A stretch of DNA of 64,000 bases from Eukaryota sp. GEM-RC1. Taxonomy: Eukaryota. Numbering within the stretch: the stretch's first letter is position 1; the number at the start of each line of letters is the position of its first letter. The translations under genes and the position numbers were made by a program. Positions 34,901 through 48,900 of this stretch are shown in pieces. The stretch is taken from assembly GCA_040285855.1 (NCBI GenBank), contig JAUFOQ010000001.1:3906001-3970000 (forward strand), given 5' to 3'. Under the pieces are notes generated by a model. It did not search any database and had not been told where the DNA came from. It worked only from the letters and a program-made list of their open reading frames with translations.

Positions 34901-37900
34901 CGGATCAACGTCTTCCACGATCTGAGGCAAAGAAACCTCCCACTCGTAGTCATAGTTCGCGTAAACATAATAAACATAGTAAGTACTTCGTTCAATCGAT
35001 ACATACCATTCACAATGATAACATATCATCGTCGGATTCACATAATCCATACATAAACCCACTCCACAACATCAGTAGTTCGGGTGGTACGAACTCACTA
35101 AGCCTGAATTCAATATTCAGCATAATCGATCACCAGGGTCCACCACCATTCCTCAGCTGCAGTCTTACCATCAATGGTGTTTCGATTCAGGGTCTTTGGG
35201 ACAGTGGAGCATCAATGTCCGTAATCACACAAGACCTGGTCGATAGATGTTCAATGAAGTTCATTAACAAGAACGTACCATTCACATCTGCAAACAACGT
35301 CAGATCTCACTCACTGAATAGCGCCCAAGGGATCTTGACCTTCAAGTTCAGTAAGGTGACACACCTAACATCTGTGACGAAGACTTTACCTATCATCCCT
35401 GGATCCAACAAATGTTTGTTAGGTATTGATCTCATGAAGCAGTTAGGTTTACTGACTGAAGAGGGACTAATCATCCCGGTTCAACAGACTATGTTAGCTC
35501 ATAGCAACGACGAGTCAGAGTTCGACTCAAACATATCTATGCCCAATAGCCTTTCTATTATAGACAATATAGATTTCAATAAATTTGTTTATGATTCCGG
35601 CTGTTCAATCAAATTAGATGACGATGATAGAACCAATCGTTTAATGAACCTCCTTAGCGAGTTCTCAACTATCTTCGATTCCGTTCCTCACAAATGATGG
35701 CATCAATTGTCCACCGATGACAATTGACTTCTACGACGAAGAGTCCACGGTGAAACGAAAACCTCGGAGGCTTAATCCAGTCAAACAAAGAATAGCCGAA
35801 GAAACTTTTCATGAACTAGTACGTTTGGGGATACGCTGAGTATACTACACCTAACGGAAATTTGAGCTCCCTGGTAGTACTTGTGGTATACCCCGATCGT
35901 CATAAGCCTAGACTTACAAGTGACTTCAGTGGTACTGGAGGAGTCAACGAACTTACTAAACCTGTCCAACCGAATCTACCGAGAATCGCAGACATAAAGG
36001 AATTCCTGAGTGAAGCTAACTACATAGCCACTCTCGACCTGCCAAAAGCATTTTGGCAACTGAATCTGCGGATCACGAACGCGACAAGACAACTCTAGTC
36101 ATCCATGGCCTAGCCATTCGATTCAAACGAGCTTGTTTTGGTTTGAAGAACGTACCAGCAATCTTTCAAAACTTGATGATGGATATTTCCGACCACGAAG
36201 GTATATTCATTTACATCGACGACATCATCATAGTCGCTAAGACTTTCGATGAATACTTATCCAGAATAAAATTCGTTCTTGAGAGAGCTGAACTTTATAG
36301 AGTCAACCTTGGCTTACACAAGTGCAAGTTCATAACAAAGAATCATCCTATAACTATCTTAGGTTGCGAATACATCGACAACACGCTTTTAATCGATTCA
36401 AAACGTGTAGAAGCTCTGGTAAACATACCAACACCGACCACCATCAAAGAAGTTCGAAGTTTCGTCGGTTCTATCAACTACATCAAAGATTTTATAGCAG
36501 ATGCATCTGACTTACTAGCTCCCATTATGGCCCTAGTAAAGAACAAAGCACGAACAGTTCACTGGACACCTCAACTCCAATCAAATTTTGATGAGATCAA
36601 AAGAGGATAATCAATCACATGCCCCTATGTCTACCAGACAAAGACAGACGCATACTGATTAGCGCAGACGCCAGCGATATCGCCGTAGGTGGTGTCGTCT
36701 GGTTGGAATGCACTCCTCATTCACCTGAGGGAACTCCACTGAACGAACGCAAAGTAGAACCACTAGCATTCTACAGCAAACTACTCACTGAACTGGGCCA
36801 CGATCCAAAAGGAATTGTACGCCATTCTCCTGATTCTAACCGAATCCCAACTGTCGTCATACCTTATCAGCAAGGAACTAACGATCTTCACAGATCATAA
36901 GAACCTCGCTTACTTAATCTCAGCACCTGAAAAGAATAGGATGGTCAAAAGATGGATCCCTATTCTCAGTGAATACCTATTCACCATAGTCCACACCAGT
37001 GGAGAAGACAACCATTGGGCTGATATGATGTCACGCAACGTTATCAAAGACGTACCAACAGGGTCTATAAACAACATAGTCACAAATTTCCCAGAGCATT
37101 TGTTCTCTATAACTGATAGCCTATGTCCTACTGATGAGGATACAGAATATCAAACTTTATCAACAGAGTCGATCAACATGATTGACGATGCACTGATCAA
37201 CAAATCGAAGTTATTCGACGCTTGGCTTTCGAAAGTACGCTCTACACAAGTAGAAGCCATCAAAAATAACGATCCATTGTTCCAACATCCGTCTACTTGG
37301 TTCAATGAAGAGTTCCAGCTATACATGAATAGCAACAAGATCTTGATACCAAGTGCCTTGGTGAAAACTACCTTGAACCATTTACACGGTTTTCCACATG
37401 CAGGTCACCCTAGCATTAAAGATAGCATTGATCGGCTAAAATCTAGTGACTACTTCTGGCCCAGCATGATCAACGACATGAAAACTCACTGCAGGCAATG
37501 ACCAGCTTGTCAAAAGACAGCCCCCCTTGCCAAAACAACTATCAAATCTTCGGGTAATTTGTGGTCCGACAAACCATTTGCAAAGATGAACGTCAACACT
37601 ATAGGACCACTTCCCACTGACACATCGGGAAACATTTACTTACTAGTGTTCATAGATTCCTTCACCAGATTCACAATCCTATGTCCACTAAAGGAACTGA
37701 ATGTAACGTTTGCGCCATCTTCGACATTCCAGATCTCATTCACAGTGATAATGGCAAAGAATTTGCTAATCACGTTTTCAATGACGTCTGCAAGCAATTT
37801 GACATCACAACTAATAAATATATACCTAGTTTCTCCCCTAGCAACGGTTTAGTTGAACGTCGACACAGAGACATTCTACAAGCTTTACGAAAGATGCTCA

Positions 37901-38798
37901 TAGACTTCAATGACTATGACAACTGGAGTAAATACATCCCACTAGTACAACTGCTGGTAAATACTACGAAGAAGAGAGTAACTGGCTTTACACCGTACGA
38001 ATTGATGTTTGGATCTAACACCAACCCTGGTAGTGATCCAAGTAAAATCATCTCTTGTCTCACACAGAACAAAATATCAGAAGATTCGTTTCTAGCTGAT
38101 TACCAATCAAAATTAACAAGAATTTTGGAAAAAACGGGAAGAAGCAGAAACCACTCAATCATCTATCAAATCTTCCATTACTACAGTCGATACACCCTCG
38201 CTATTTGCTATCGGGGACTTAGTACTACGAAATAACAAAGCAGCTAGGAAGCTTCATGGCAAACAAGAGGGACCGAAGATATACCTTCCAAAAGCTCACT
38301 TGAACTGCAGAACTTTGTCACCGGACATCGCTTCCGCTCCAGCATCCACCTATGCACCAAGTACCTTTCCGACAAACCCTCCTCCGACGAGTTCCACAAA
38401 GCAGTAGCATCTTGTGACTCTGAAGAGATGGTCATCATCGAGATCCTTGATCAACGTGATTCACCTACAGGTCCCATATGTTCCGTCGTATGGTTTGACG
38501 GCGATACTACTGAGGAACCTCTAAGTCTGGTTAAAAACACTAAGGCTTACTCAAGTTTTATTAAACTAAATCTTCACGCCAAAACCCAAATCTAAACCCA
38601 AAACTAAATCTAGAAGTACGCGTAATAGAAAAGCGATCCCTAGAAACACTCCTAATTCTGTCATTCACACTACTCCACCTGCCAAGAGGACTAGGTCCTC
38701 GAGAAAGGAGAAGAAGTAATCTTAGTGTAATGACTCATTAGGACTCAATTGTATAATAAATTCACTTTATCTTTCTTACATGGTACCTAAGACCAACA
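31918..38798 (+). mobile_element. Ty3/Gypsy chromodomain-bearing LTR retrotransposon, copy 1 (inactivated)
   Basis: 79-bp LTRs (31918-31996 and 38720-38798); AAGT TSD; PPT AGAAAGGAGAAGAAG. Domain order: gag CCHC (CSFCDSPDHKINLC), protease (LWDSGAS), RT (YIDD), RNase H (DASD..GGV), integrase (H..H..CxxC, HSDNGKEF, NGLVER), chromodomain (IIEILDQR..VVWFDGDTTEEPL). Stops and frameshifts throughout. Confidence 0.93.
32994..33621. mobile_element. Tc1/mariner-like MITE inserted in gag (copies at 43843-44470 and 63035-63661)
   Basis: TIR CACCGATTGTTTCAATTAGTCTC / GAGACTAATTGAAACAATCGGTG; TA duplication; multiple TAGTCTCAGTGAGACTA palindromes; removal restores the reading IEKQVDNLERY. Confidence 0.88.
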
Positions 38799-38857
38799 AA
38801 GTGTAACATTGAACATAAAAAACGAAAAAGATTACATGCGAATCAAAAATCTTCTCC

Positions 38858-39943
38858 ATGCCTGTTACTACAAGATCAAAAAGCAAACCTGGTTCTCCTA
38901 CGAAGCTTCCCCCCAACCACAAGAGCCAGAAAATCATCGACCAGAAGCGTCTCTAAACCAGTCAAATGTTCCCGAATCTCTGAAGAAAGGCCTCCTAAGA
39001 AGAGCAGAGAATTAACAGTGTATCGTTGTCCTGCTCAGCTCTACCGTGTAATCCGCCCATTAACAGTTTGCGCACTGGAATCTTGCGACACAGTCTCATA
39101 TCATCATATACTGAAATTGATTGAACCCTCCGACAAGGACGACTTTCAGAAGGTGTTTTCTCCTGATGGAACTTTCAATATTAAAAAAGACAAACTCTAT
39201 TACAAAACAACTTTGTCTGATTCATTAGTTGAAAAATATCCTTCTGATGGAAGAGTTCAATCTCTACAAGACTCTTCTCCTGGAATGACTAGGAGTTCTG
39301 TTCAGTCTGTATCACAGACTGGTCAAACTTTGATTCCGAAGTCAAGGACACTTTTTTTTGAATAGAAACGAGAACCACTTGCAGTGAGAAAACGGAAGTT
39401 CGATTATGAGTTTACCAGCAAACAGTTAGATTTACCTGGAGTGATGGATACATTGTCTTATATATGGTGCGGACTAATTACTCAGCTTTCTATGAGTAAC
39501 CTATGTCATTACGACAAGAAAAATCATATTGGTGACGAAGGTGTTATTGCATTGGCTGAAGTTTTGAAGGTAAATGAATCTGTTCGTGACGTTTTTCTCA
39601 ACTTCAACTCTATTAGTTCCAAAGGTGCAATTGCATTGGCTGAAGTTTTGAAGATTAATGATAACATTGTGAAGCTTGATATAAGTGATAACTCTATTGG
39701 CGATGAAGGTGCTGTTGCATTGGCGGAAGCATTGAAAGTAAATTCTACTGTCACTGCTATTAATCTTGCTCACAACTCTATTGGCAAAAAGGTGTCGTTG
39801 CGTTGGAGCAAGCATTGAAATTGAATTCTACTATTATTGAAATTTATCTAACTTTCAACGATTTTTGTCCGAAATGGTCTTTAACTCAATCAATCTCCAA
39901 AGAGCGGATTACGTTCTTTGAAACGTGGAAACTTTCCATATGA
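38858..39943 (+). CDS. RNI-like LRR protein, chimeric B/A copy; frameshifted
   Basis: ATG CCT GTT (MPVTTRSKSKPGSPTKLPP-TTRARKSS, break in a C run) homologous to KVPPNTRSRKSS of paralog A; identical to A beyond ~39150. Confidence 0.75.
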
Positions 39944-42900
39944 CAATTTATATCGATTTACACTCTTATATTCTCTTCTCCTTTAGTTTTCTGTCAGTCT
40001 TATCAGAACCTTGTATAATGTCTCAAACGGCCGTTCAAACATTATAGTTATCGATTTTCCATCTTTCTGATCCCTACATTTGATTTTTTTTCAATTGGAT
40101 TTCCATCATGAGTGTGCCCATCTTTTTAAAGAAAAAAAAGAATCTTTTGAGTCTCAGAATTGTTCTCAATTTGTCGACCTTCTGAGTACTGCAGTGTCAT
40201 TAGAAAATACTAGATTTCTGAGGTGAATCAAATATAAGTTCTCTTGTCTATATAACCAGCATTTTATCTTTTGATTTCTTATTGTTGTTCTGACATTCAA
40301 AAATAAACATATGTTGAAGTCTATGTCTACTCTTTCATGCTGTTATTTGAGGTCAGAAGAATCAGAATGTCTTCAAATACTGGTGAATCTCTATGGATAA
40401 AACACACTTCACATTAACAAACTTAAATATAATTGGGTTGACACTCTACACCAGGATTCTCAATGAAATGGTTAGTAACAGTTCATTGATCCCACCTATA
40501 TCTAAACAACTCTGAGTTCAGATTGGGTCTGCTATCACCAACGGCTTAACAAGACTCTTCATTGTTAGCTGAACCGCCAATGTTATTCTAATTTGGTATA
40601 CTTTCTACGTCCATTGTTTGAATCATAGTTGTACTTCACATCAATTTTGTTCTGTTTTGTGATTTGTGTTAACAATGATCACAACAATCACAAATGATAT
40701 GAAATGTGTACTCTTCATAACTCATATCAAAAATTGTCAGATTTCTTTCTTCTTGCTTCAATAGAGGTAGGTTAAAATAAACTCAAATGACATCATCTAT
40801 ATGAGTATCAGACATATTTTAGCGCAGTTTAAAAAATCAAAAATTCAATTCTTGGGGAGCAGAATGAGAATCTATCACTCAAACATGACAACAAGTAGCT
40901 AGCGGAATGAAGGAAGACGAAAATTTTGTATTTTGTGGGTCCTATTATTTCTTCATAGTGAATCCTCTATTAGAATATGATGTACTCGGGTCTGTAAACA
41001 ACCTAAACAATTGACTTATCATGTTTATTTGCATTTATTTGACTAACATCTGACAAATATACAAAATAGCAACCAAGTTTAGTGTGAACAAATGTGATCA
41101 CCGATCACAGATCACAGTGTGATTTGTGAAGTACAACTATGGTTTGAAGTGATTGTGACTGTTCGAATATTCGTCACAATTGGTTACACCGAACTGATTC
41201 ACAGAATCTGTTTTTATGTGTTTTGCTAAATCTAAATCACAGATTGCACAGGTGTATTGTTTTACAAAGGCATTGTAATGATCCACAGTGACAGTAGATT
41301 TGTTTTGCAGAACTTGGTCAGTCCAAATGACGTTGTGATGACTCAGTTCATCCATTGTTTTAAATCCGATTTCCATGAGATACATTTAGAATATTTAATG
41401 TATTTTCTATTTGTAATGTATTGCGTATGATTGATTCCATCAGATTAATATAGTTATTGAAATCATCCACTGTATTTTGGTTTTTGAAAGTGGTTGCATT
41501 GAAGCAGAAACTGTCAGCAGGCCAGAGCAAAAATGGAATACGTTCTGTCGTTTTTGAAATATTCGAACAATTAAGTACAAAAGAAGAAAATCAATTTGCA
41601 ACATTAGATTAACACACAGTATTCACAAAATGAAAGAAGTTGAATTCTTTACCTCAACATGAGAACTGTCTCTAAGCAACTTTGAATGAATGTCACTTAG
41701 ATACTTAGGTGTGCTTCTGTAATCACAATTCGATTAATCCATAAAAGCCATTAACAGTCATTCCATTAGAACCCAAACTAGTAAACATCCATTAATGTCA
41801 ACAAGAGTCATTGTAGATAACTATCAGTGGTGAACCCTACTTTCCTTTTGAATAGCTCTACGAGAGACATCAACAGAATGAAGACAAAGACCCATATCAA
41901 TACTTGAATTTGTTTGGTTTCAAGTTTTGGATGAACTGAATCTAGATTAAACAACTCAAACTGTGCGAAGAAAAACTTACTGCCTTAAGTATTGAAATGC
42001 AAGCAATGCTTCCAGTGCAGATAGATACAAATTTGATGAAAGAATGACAATTCTTACAACTATCCACATGTATTCACTAATATTTCCACTATCAGCTAAC
42101 AAAAGACTCGTTTGTTTTAAGCCTTTTCAGAATGGGTGATATTAGATAATTTGACACAATCAAAAGTATACTGTTTTAATCGTTTGTGAAATTGAACGAA
42201 ATTTAAGAGTCATCAAAACACTGCTCTTTAAGATACAAACTGTGTCTCAGACTAATACAGAACCGCTTCAGAATTAAAACCTTTATTGTTTCAATTGTAT
42301 AATTGATCCAAAAAGTCATCTTCTGTACACTAGGACAACGCACGATCGCACCAAACTAAATTGACGGAACACCGCTGTAAGACAGTTGTGAAAACATTTG
42401 ATTCCAGAAGCATCAATCCATTCAAAGAAACAGTTGGGGAACCCTGTTGCTACAAGATTTTCACCAAGATTGTTCTAGAGAATAAGTGTTGCGTCAACTG
42501 ATAGGAAACAACAAACATTCTTAAGTCAATATTAGACGTGATGCACCAAATACTATTGTAAAATGCATTTACCCTTTATGTAGTATGAAGCTTCAGAGTA
42601 TGTCTTATGAAATGGTTCGCTCATGTCTACAGAGAAAGATTCAACATGTGAACAAGTGTAGTCTCACATGAGTTCTTTTCAAAAGTGTACGACAGAATTA
42701 GTCTCAGTGAGACTATTTTCGTACTGAGACTAATTCTACAGTGAGAGTGAATGTTTCGTGAAGTTGTTAGTGTAATGACTCATCAGGACTCAATTGTATA
42801 ATAAATTCACTTTATCTCTCTTACATGGTACCTAAGACCAACAATAATTATTGTAGCCTCTGCAAAGAGTTACAATGTGTATGTACTCCGGAGAACTTCA

Positions 42901-45900
42901 CTCCTGGAAACAAAACTAACCCAAACCCTAGTTCCGACCTAGGTGATAACCCACAGTCCAGTTCCGACCTGGACTCTAAACAAAACCCTAGTTCCGTCCT
43001 AGGTGAAGATTCCAGTTCCGTCCTGGCTTCTTCCAAGTCTTCCACCGTGAAGGAACTTGGTCCAGATGGACTCCCCTGGGATGACACTGTTGACTAAGAC
43101 ATTGTTTCGGATGAAGAACCTTCTTCTAATGGAACTTCAAATGAGAAACCATTCTCTATCGAAAACCCAAATGAGGATCCATCCCCCAATATAACTATAA
43201 ACGAGGAACCATCCTCCAATGTTAATGAAAACGAGGAACCATCCCCCAATGTTGACGAAAACGAGGAACCATCCTCCAACAGAGCACCTGCTTCTGAGTC
43301 AAATCCACTTGTTGGATGGACTTATCGTCCTTCGGTAACCCCCCCCCCGCCCATCCCAATAGTACAGAGAACTACACCTCCTATTAGGACACCGGAACCC
43401 TTTATTCCGAAATTACCCCCTACACCGTTAGGTTTCGTAATGCCGTCTAAAGATCCACGAGCACCTCCACCTCTACACGCTAAGAGTCCCTAGAGAGAGC
43501 TATGGAATGCCGATGTGAAGATGTTTGGTTCTATTGATAAAGATCAATGGAGTCACTTTCAAAGACAATCAGTAAACAATACTGAGTCATACGGTTTTGT
43601 AGAGACAGACCAGTATCTACTTAAACCAGCCAGAACACTAAAAAGGTATTGGCAACGCAAAGCTAACGGATATATCCCCCTCGACCCTGAGGTTTCGAAC
43701 ATCCATGACTGTAACGACAGACTGATGGGCTTTATAATGGATAAAACCCGTCCAAACTCCCCTGGTTACTGTGGAACAAGCTTACAACCTCCTACAAAAC
43801 CCGCTTCCTAAAGATCAAGTAGAGGCGATCGAAAAACAAGTACACCGATTGTTTCAATTAGTCTCTTTAACAAATTAGTCTCACTAGAAAATAGTCTCAG
43901 TGAGACCAATTCCGATATGAGAGTTTCAATTCTGACCTCCCAAATACAACAGTTGTTGTTTTTAACGAGAAAGATGCACCAAAAGTACAAATGATTGAAT
44001 GAGCTTTTACAATTAGAAGCACTTTTATACTGATAAGATCAACTTAAAACTGTACGTAACCATATGATTCCCCTCTCACCAATCTAAATCCATTTTTTAT
44101 GACTTCATTCGTAGCTTTAAGGCCCAGGGCATCTTCAAAGATCCATTTGGAGATGATACTGTAATTTGGCATGAATATAAGTTGATCTTTGATCTTCAAG
44201 AAATCGTGAAGAAACACAGATGGATCAAGGACAAAGTTTATTTGTTAAAGAGATTGGTAACTTGAATTAGGGGAAGTGTTTCAAAGAAAAATGATGTCAT
44301 GTTTATAAAAATTTAGTGAGACTAATACAATTGCGAAATAATTAGTCTCAGTGAGACTATTTGCAATTACTCTCACTAAAAATTAGTCTCAGTGAGACTA
44401 ATTCCGATATGTGACAGATGAAAATGACGTACGGTATTAGTCTCAGTGAGACTAATTGAAACAATCGGTGTAGACAACCTCGAAAGATACGCCACTGTGA
44501 ACAGCTTCTTCCATAGAAAACCCACGGTAAATACCAACTCCGCGGATACCGTTCCTCCCTTGGTAGCCAACACTCCTTATGTGCCCGGCGGATTTGTTTT
44601 TGCAAGAAAGCCCCACGCACCGATCACCCCACTTCCCAACGAACTTCCACATGACCACATGCTGGAAGAGGACCACACTGCTACTAGAGTTGGAGCCCTA
44701 TCAGTTTCACCTGAACCGGTTACTCCAACTCAATCCAGCTCCAACAGTCCCAACACTGACGTAATCACACCGTACTCAGTACTGAAATTCGCTGAACGGT
44801 TACCCACTGACTCCTCCAGTGACCTGAACAAGTTGATGAAACCGAAATCACTTCACAGTCTGGATGACGTGGATGTAATCCTTGATTGGATTGCTGATTA
44901 CATGAGCTTCTGTACCGCCCAGAAGGACTATACACTACCAGCATCCACACCACTCGGAGATCCCAAATACTTCTCCGACATTGGAAGGATTGCTGCCAAG
45001 GAAGCCGACACCCGTTGGGTCTCTCGACTTGTTGCTTACCCGGTTCAACAACAGATGAACTACCTGGGTACAGCAACGACTTCCAGTGATGAACTCTTCC
45101 GACAAATCATCTTAAGAACCCAGTTTAAAGACATCTTGACCGCAAGAAACAAACTAAACGAAGTTCAGATGAACTGGTCGATCCAAGATTACGAACAAAG
45201 ATGGCTCGACTTCATCAAACGATTTGATAAATTGCTTAACCGAAGTACACTGATTAAATCCCCCTCGGAACCGTCCTACACGATGCTGGACGAAAGAACC
45301 ATCATCAAAGCTCTTTTGACTAATATCGGTCTCGCCTCTCTCTACCTAGAACTCTGGCCCAAATGGAAAGACTCCAAGGATTTACACTCCTTCTTTTCAA
45401 TAATCCTCGAACACTATTACCAATGGTGCAAGAAATGGACAAACGGTCCCACACATGTTCAATTTGAACAAAAGAATGTGGAAATTCTCATGCACAGAGA
45501 CAAGGATTCCTGGAACGACATCCCAAAAGCAATCCAACGCTCAGCATCCAAAATTTTCGCCCCAGGAAATTTGAAGTCTAGATCATCTTCAAAGAACCCT
45601 CACAATGCAGCCCCTCCTTTCAAAAAGAAGCATCGCTCAAACTCATCTGATAGACCGCCTAAAGATGATAACTGCTGTAGCTTCTGCGACTCCCCGGATC
45701 ACAAGATAAACCTTTGTAACCATCCTGACTGTCGTAAAAGCGAGCTCCCCGCGGATCAACGTCTTCCACGATCTGAGGCAAAGAAACCTCCCACTCGTAG
45801 TCATAGTTCGCGTAAACATAATAAACATAGTAAGTACTTCGTTCAATCGATACATACCATTCACAATGATAACATATCATCGTCGGATTCACATAATCCA

Positions 45901-48900
45901 TACATAAACCCACTCCACAACATCAGTAGTTCGGGTGGTACGAACTCACTAAGCCTGAATTCAATAATCAGCATAATCGATCACCAGGGTCCACCACCAT
46001 TCCTCAGCTGCAGTCTTACCATCAATGGTGTTTCGATTCAGGGTCTTTGGGACAGTGGAGCATCAATGTCCGTAATCACACAAGACCTGGTCGATAGATG
46101 TTCAATGAAGTTCATTAACAAGAACGTACCATTCACATCTGCAAACAACGTCAGATCTCACTCACTGGGTAGCGCCCAAGGGATCTTGACCTTCAAGTTC
46201 AGTAAGGTGACACACCTAACATCTGTGACGAAGACTTTACCTATCATCCCTGGATCCAACAAATGTTTGTTAGGTATTGATCTCATGAAGCAGTTAGGTT
46301 TACTGACTGAAGAGGGACTAATCATCCCGGTTCAACAGACTATGTTAGCTCATAGCAACGACGAGTCAGAGTTCGACTCAAACATATCTATGCCCAATAG
46401 CCTTTCTATTATAGACAATATAGATTTCAATAAATTTGTTTATGATTCCGGCTGTTCAATCAAATTAGATGACGATGATAGAACCAATCGTTTAATGAAC
46501 CTCCTTAGCGAGTTCTCAACTATCTTCGATTCCGTTCCTCACAAATGATGGCATCAATTGTCCACCGATGACAATTGACTTCTACGACGAAGAGTCCACG
46601 GTGAAACGAAAACCTCGGAGGCTTAATCCAGTCAAACAAAGAATAGCCGAAGAAACTTTTCATGAACTAGTACGTTTGGGGATACGCTGAGTATACTACA
46701 CCTAACGGAAATTTGAGCTCCCTGGTAGTACTTGTGGTATACCCCGATCGTCATAAGCCTAGACTTACAAGTGACTTCAGTGGTACTGGAGGAGTCAACG
46801 AACTTACTAAACTTGTCCGATCGAATCTACCGAGAATCGCAGACATAAAGGAATTCCTGAGTGAAGCTAACTACATAGCCACTCTCGACCTGCCAAAAGC
46901 ATTTTGGCAACTGAATCTGCGGATCACGAACGCGACAAGACAACTCTAGTCATCCATGGCCTAGCCATTCGATTCAAACGAGCTTGTTTTGGTTTGAAGA
47001 ACGTACCAGCAATCTTTCAAAACTTGATGATGGATATTTCCGACCACGAAGGTATATTCATTTACATCGACGACATCATCATAGTCGCTAAGACTTTCGA
47101 TGAATACTTATCCAGAATAAAATTCGTTCTTGAGAGAGCTGAACTTTATAGAGTCAACCTTGGCTTACACAAGTGCAAGTTCATAACAAAGAATCATCCT
47201 ATAACTATCTTAGGTTGCGAATACATCGACAACACGCTTTTAATCGATTCAAAACGTGTAGAAGCTCTGGTAAACATACCAACACCGACCACCATCAAAG
47301 AAGTTCGAAGTTTCGTCGGTTCTATCAACTACATCAAAGATTTTATAGCAGATGCATCTGACTTACTAGCTCCCATTATGGCCCTAGTAAAGAACAAAGC
47401 ACGAACAGTTCACTGGACACCTCAACTCCAATCAAATTTTGATGAGATCAAAAGAGGATAATCAATCACATGCCCCTATGTCTACCAGACAAAGACAGAC
47501 GCATACTGATTAGCGCAGACGCCAGCGATATCGCCGTAGGTGGTGTCGTCTGGTTGGAATGCACTCCTCATTCACCTGAGGGAACTCCACTGAACGAACG
47601 CAAAGTAGAACCACTAGCATTCTACAGCAAACTACTCACTGAACTGGGCCACGATCCAAAAGGAATTGTACGCCATTCTCCTGATTCTAACCGAATCCCA
47701 ACTGTCGTCATACCTTATCAGCAAGGAACTAACGATCTTCACAGATCATAAGAACCTCGCTTACTTAATCTCAGCACCTGAAAAGAATAGGATGGTCAAA
47801 AGATGGATCCCTATTCTCAGTGAATACCTATTCACCATAGTCCACACCAGTGGAGAAGACAACCATTGGGCTGATATGATGTCACGCAACGTTATCAAAG
47901 ACGTACCAACAGGGTCTATAAACAACATAGTCACAAATTTCCCAGAGCATTTGTTCTCTATAACTGATAGCCTATGTCCTACTGATGAGGATACAGAATA
48001 TCAAACTTTATCAACAGAGTCGATCAACATGATTGACGATGCACTGATCAACAAATCGAAGTTATTCGACGCTTGGCTTTCGAAAGTACGCTCTACACAA
48101 GTAGAAGCCATCAAAAATAACGATCCATTGTTCCAACATCCGTCTACTTGGTTCAATGAAGAGTTCCAGCTATACATGAATAGCAACAAGATCTTGATAC
48201 CAAGTGCCTTGGTGAAAACTACCTTGAACCATTTACACGGTTTTCCACATGCAGGTCACCCTAGCATTAAAGATAGCATTGATCGGCTAAAATCTAGTGA
48301 CTACTTCTGGCCCAGCATGATCAACGACATGAAAACTCACTGCAGGCAATGACCAGCTTGTCAAAAGACAGCCCCCCTTGCCAAAACAACTATCAAATCT
48401 TCGGGTAATTTGTGGTCCGACAAACCATTTGCAAAGATGAACGTCAACACTATAGGACCACTTCCCACTGACACATCGGGAAACATTTACTTACTAGTGT
48501 TCATAGATTCCTTCACCAGATTCACAATCCTATGTCCACTAAAGGAACTGAATGTAACGTTTGCGCCATCTTCGACATTCCAGATCTCATTCACAGTGAT
48601 AATGGCAAAGAATTTGCTAATCACGTTTTCAATGACGTCTGCAAGCAATTTGACATCACAACTAATAAATATATACCTAGTTTCTCCCCTAGCAACGGTT
48701 TAGTTGAACGTCGACACAGAGACATTCTACAAGCTTTACGAAAGATGCTCATAGACTTCAATGACTATGACAACTGGAGTAAATACATCCCACTAGTACA
48801 ACTGCTGGTAAATACTACGAAGAAGAGAGTAACTGGCTTTACACCGTACGAATTGATGTTTGGATCTAACACCAACCCTGGTAGTGATCCAAGTAAAATC

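Noticed and set aside
32248..37502. Stop-codon reassignment suggested by in-frame TAA/TAG/TGA in the Gypsy ORF
   Set aside because: Host genes end in TAG (UTP18), TAA (CCDC25, orn) and TGA (TOR) and lack internal stops. The element also has frameshifts and an integrase D-to-N change, so it is simply decayed.
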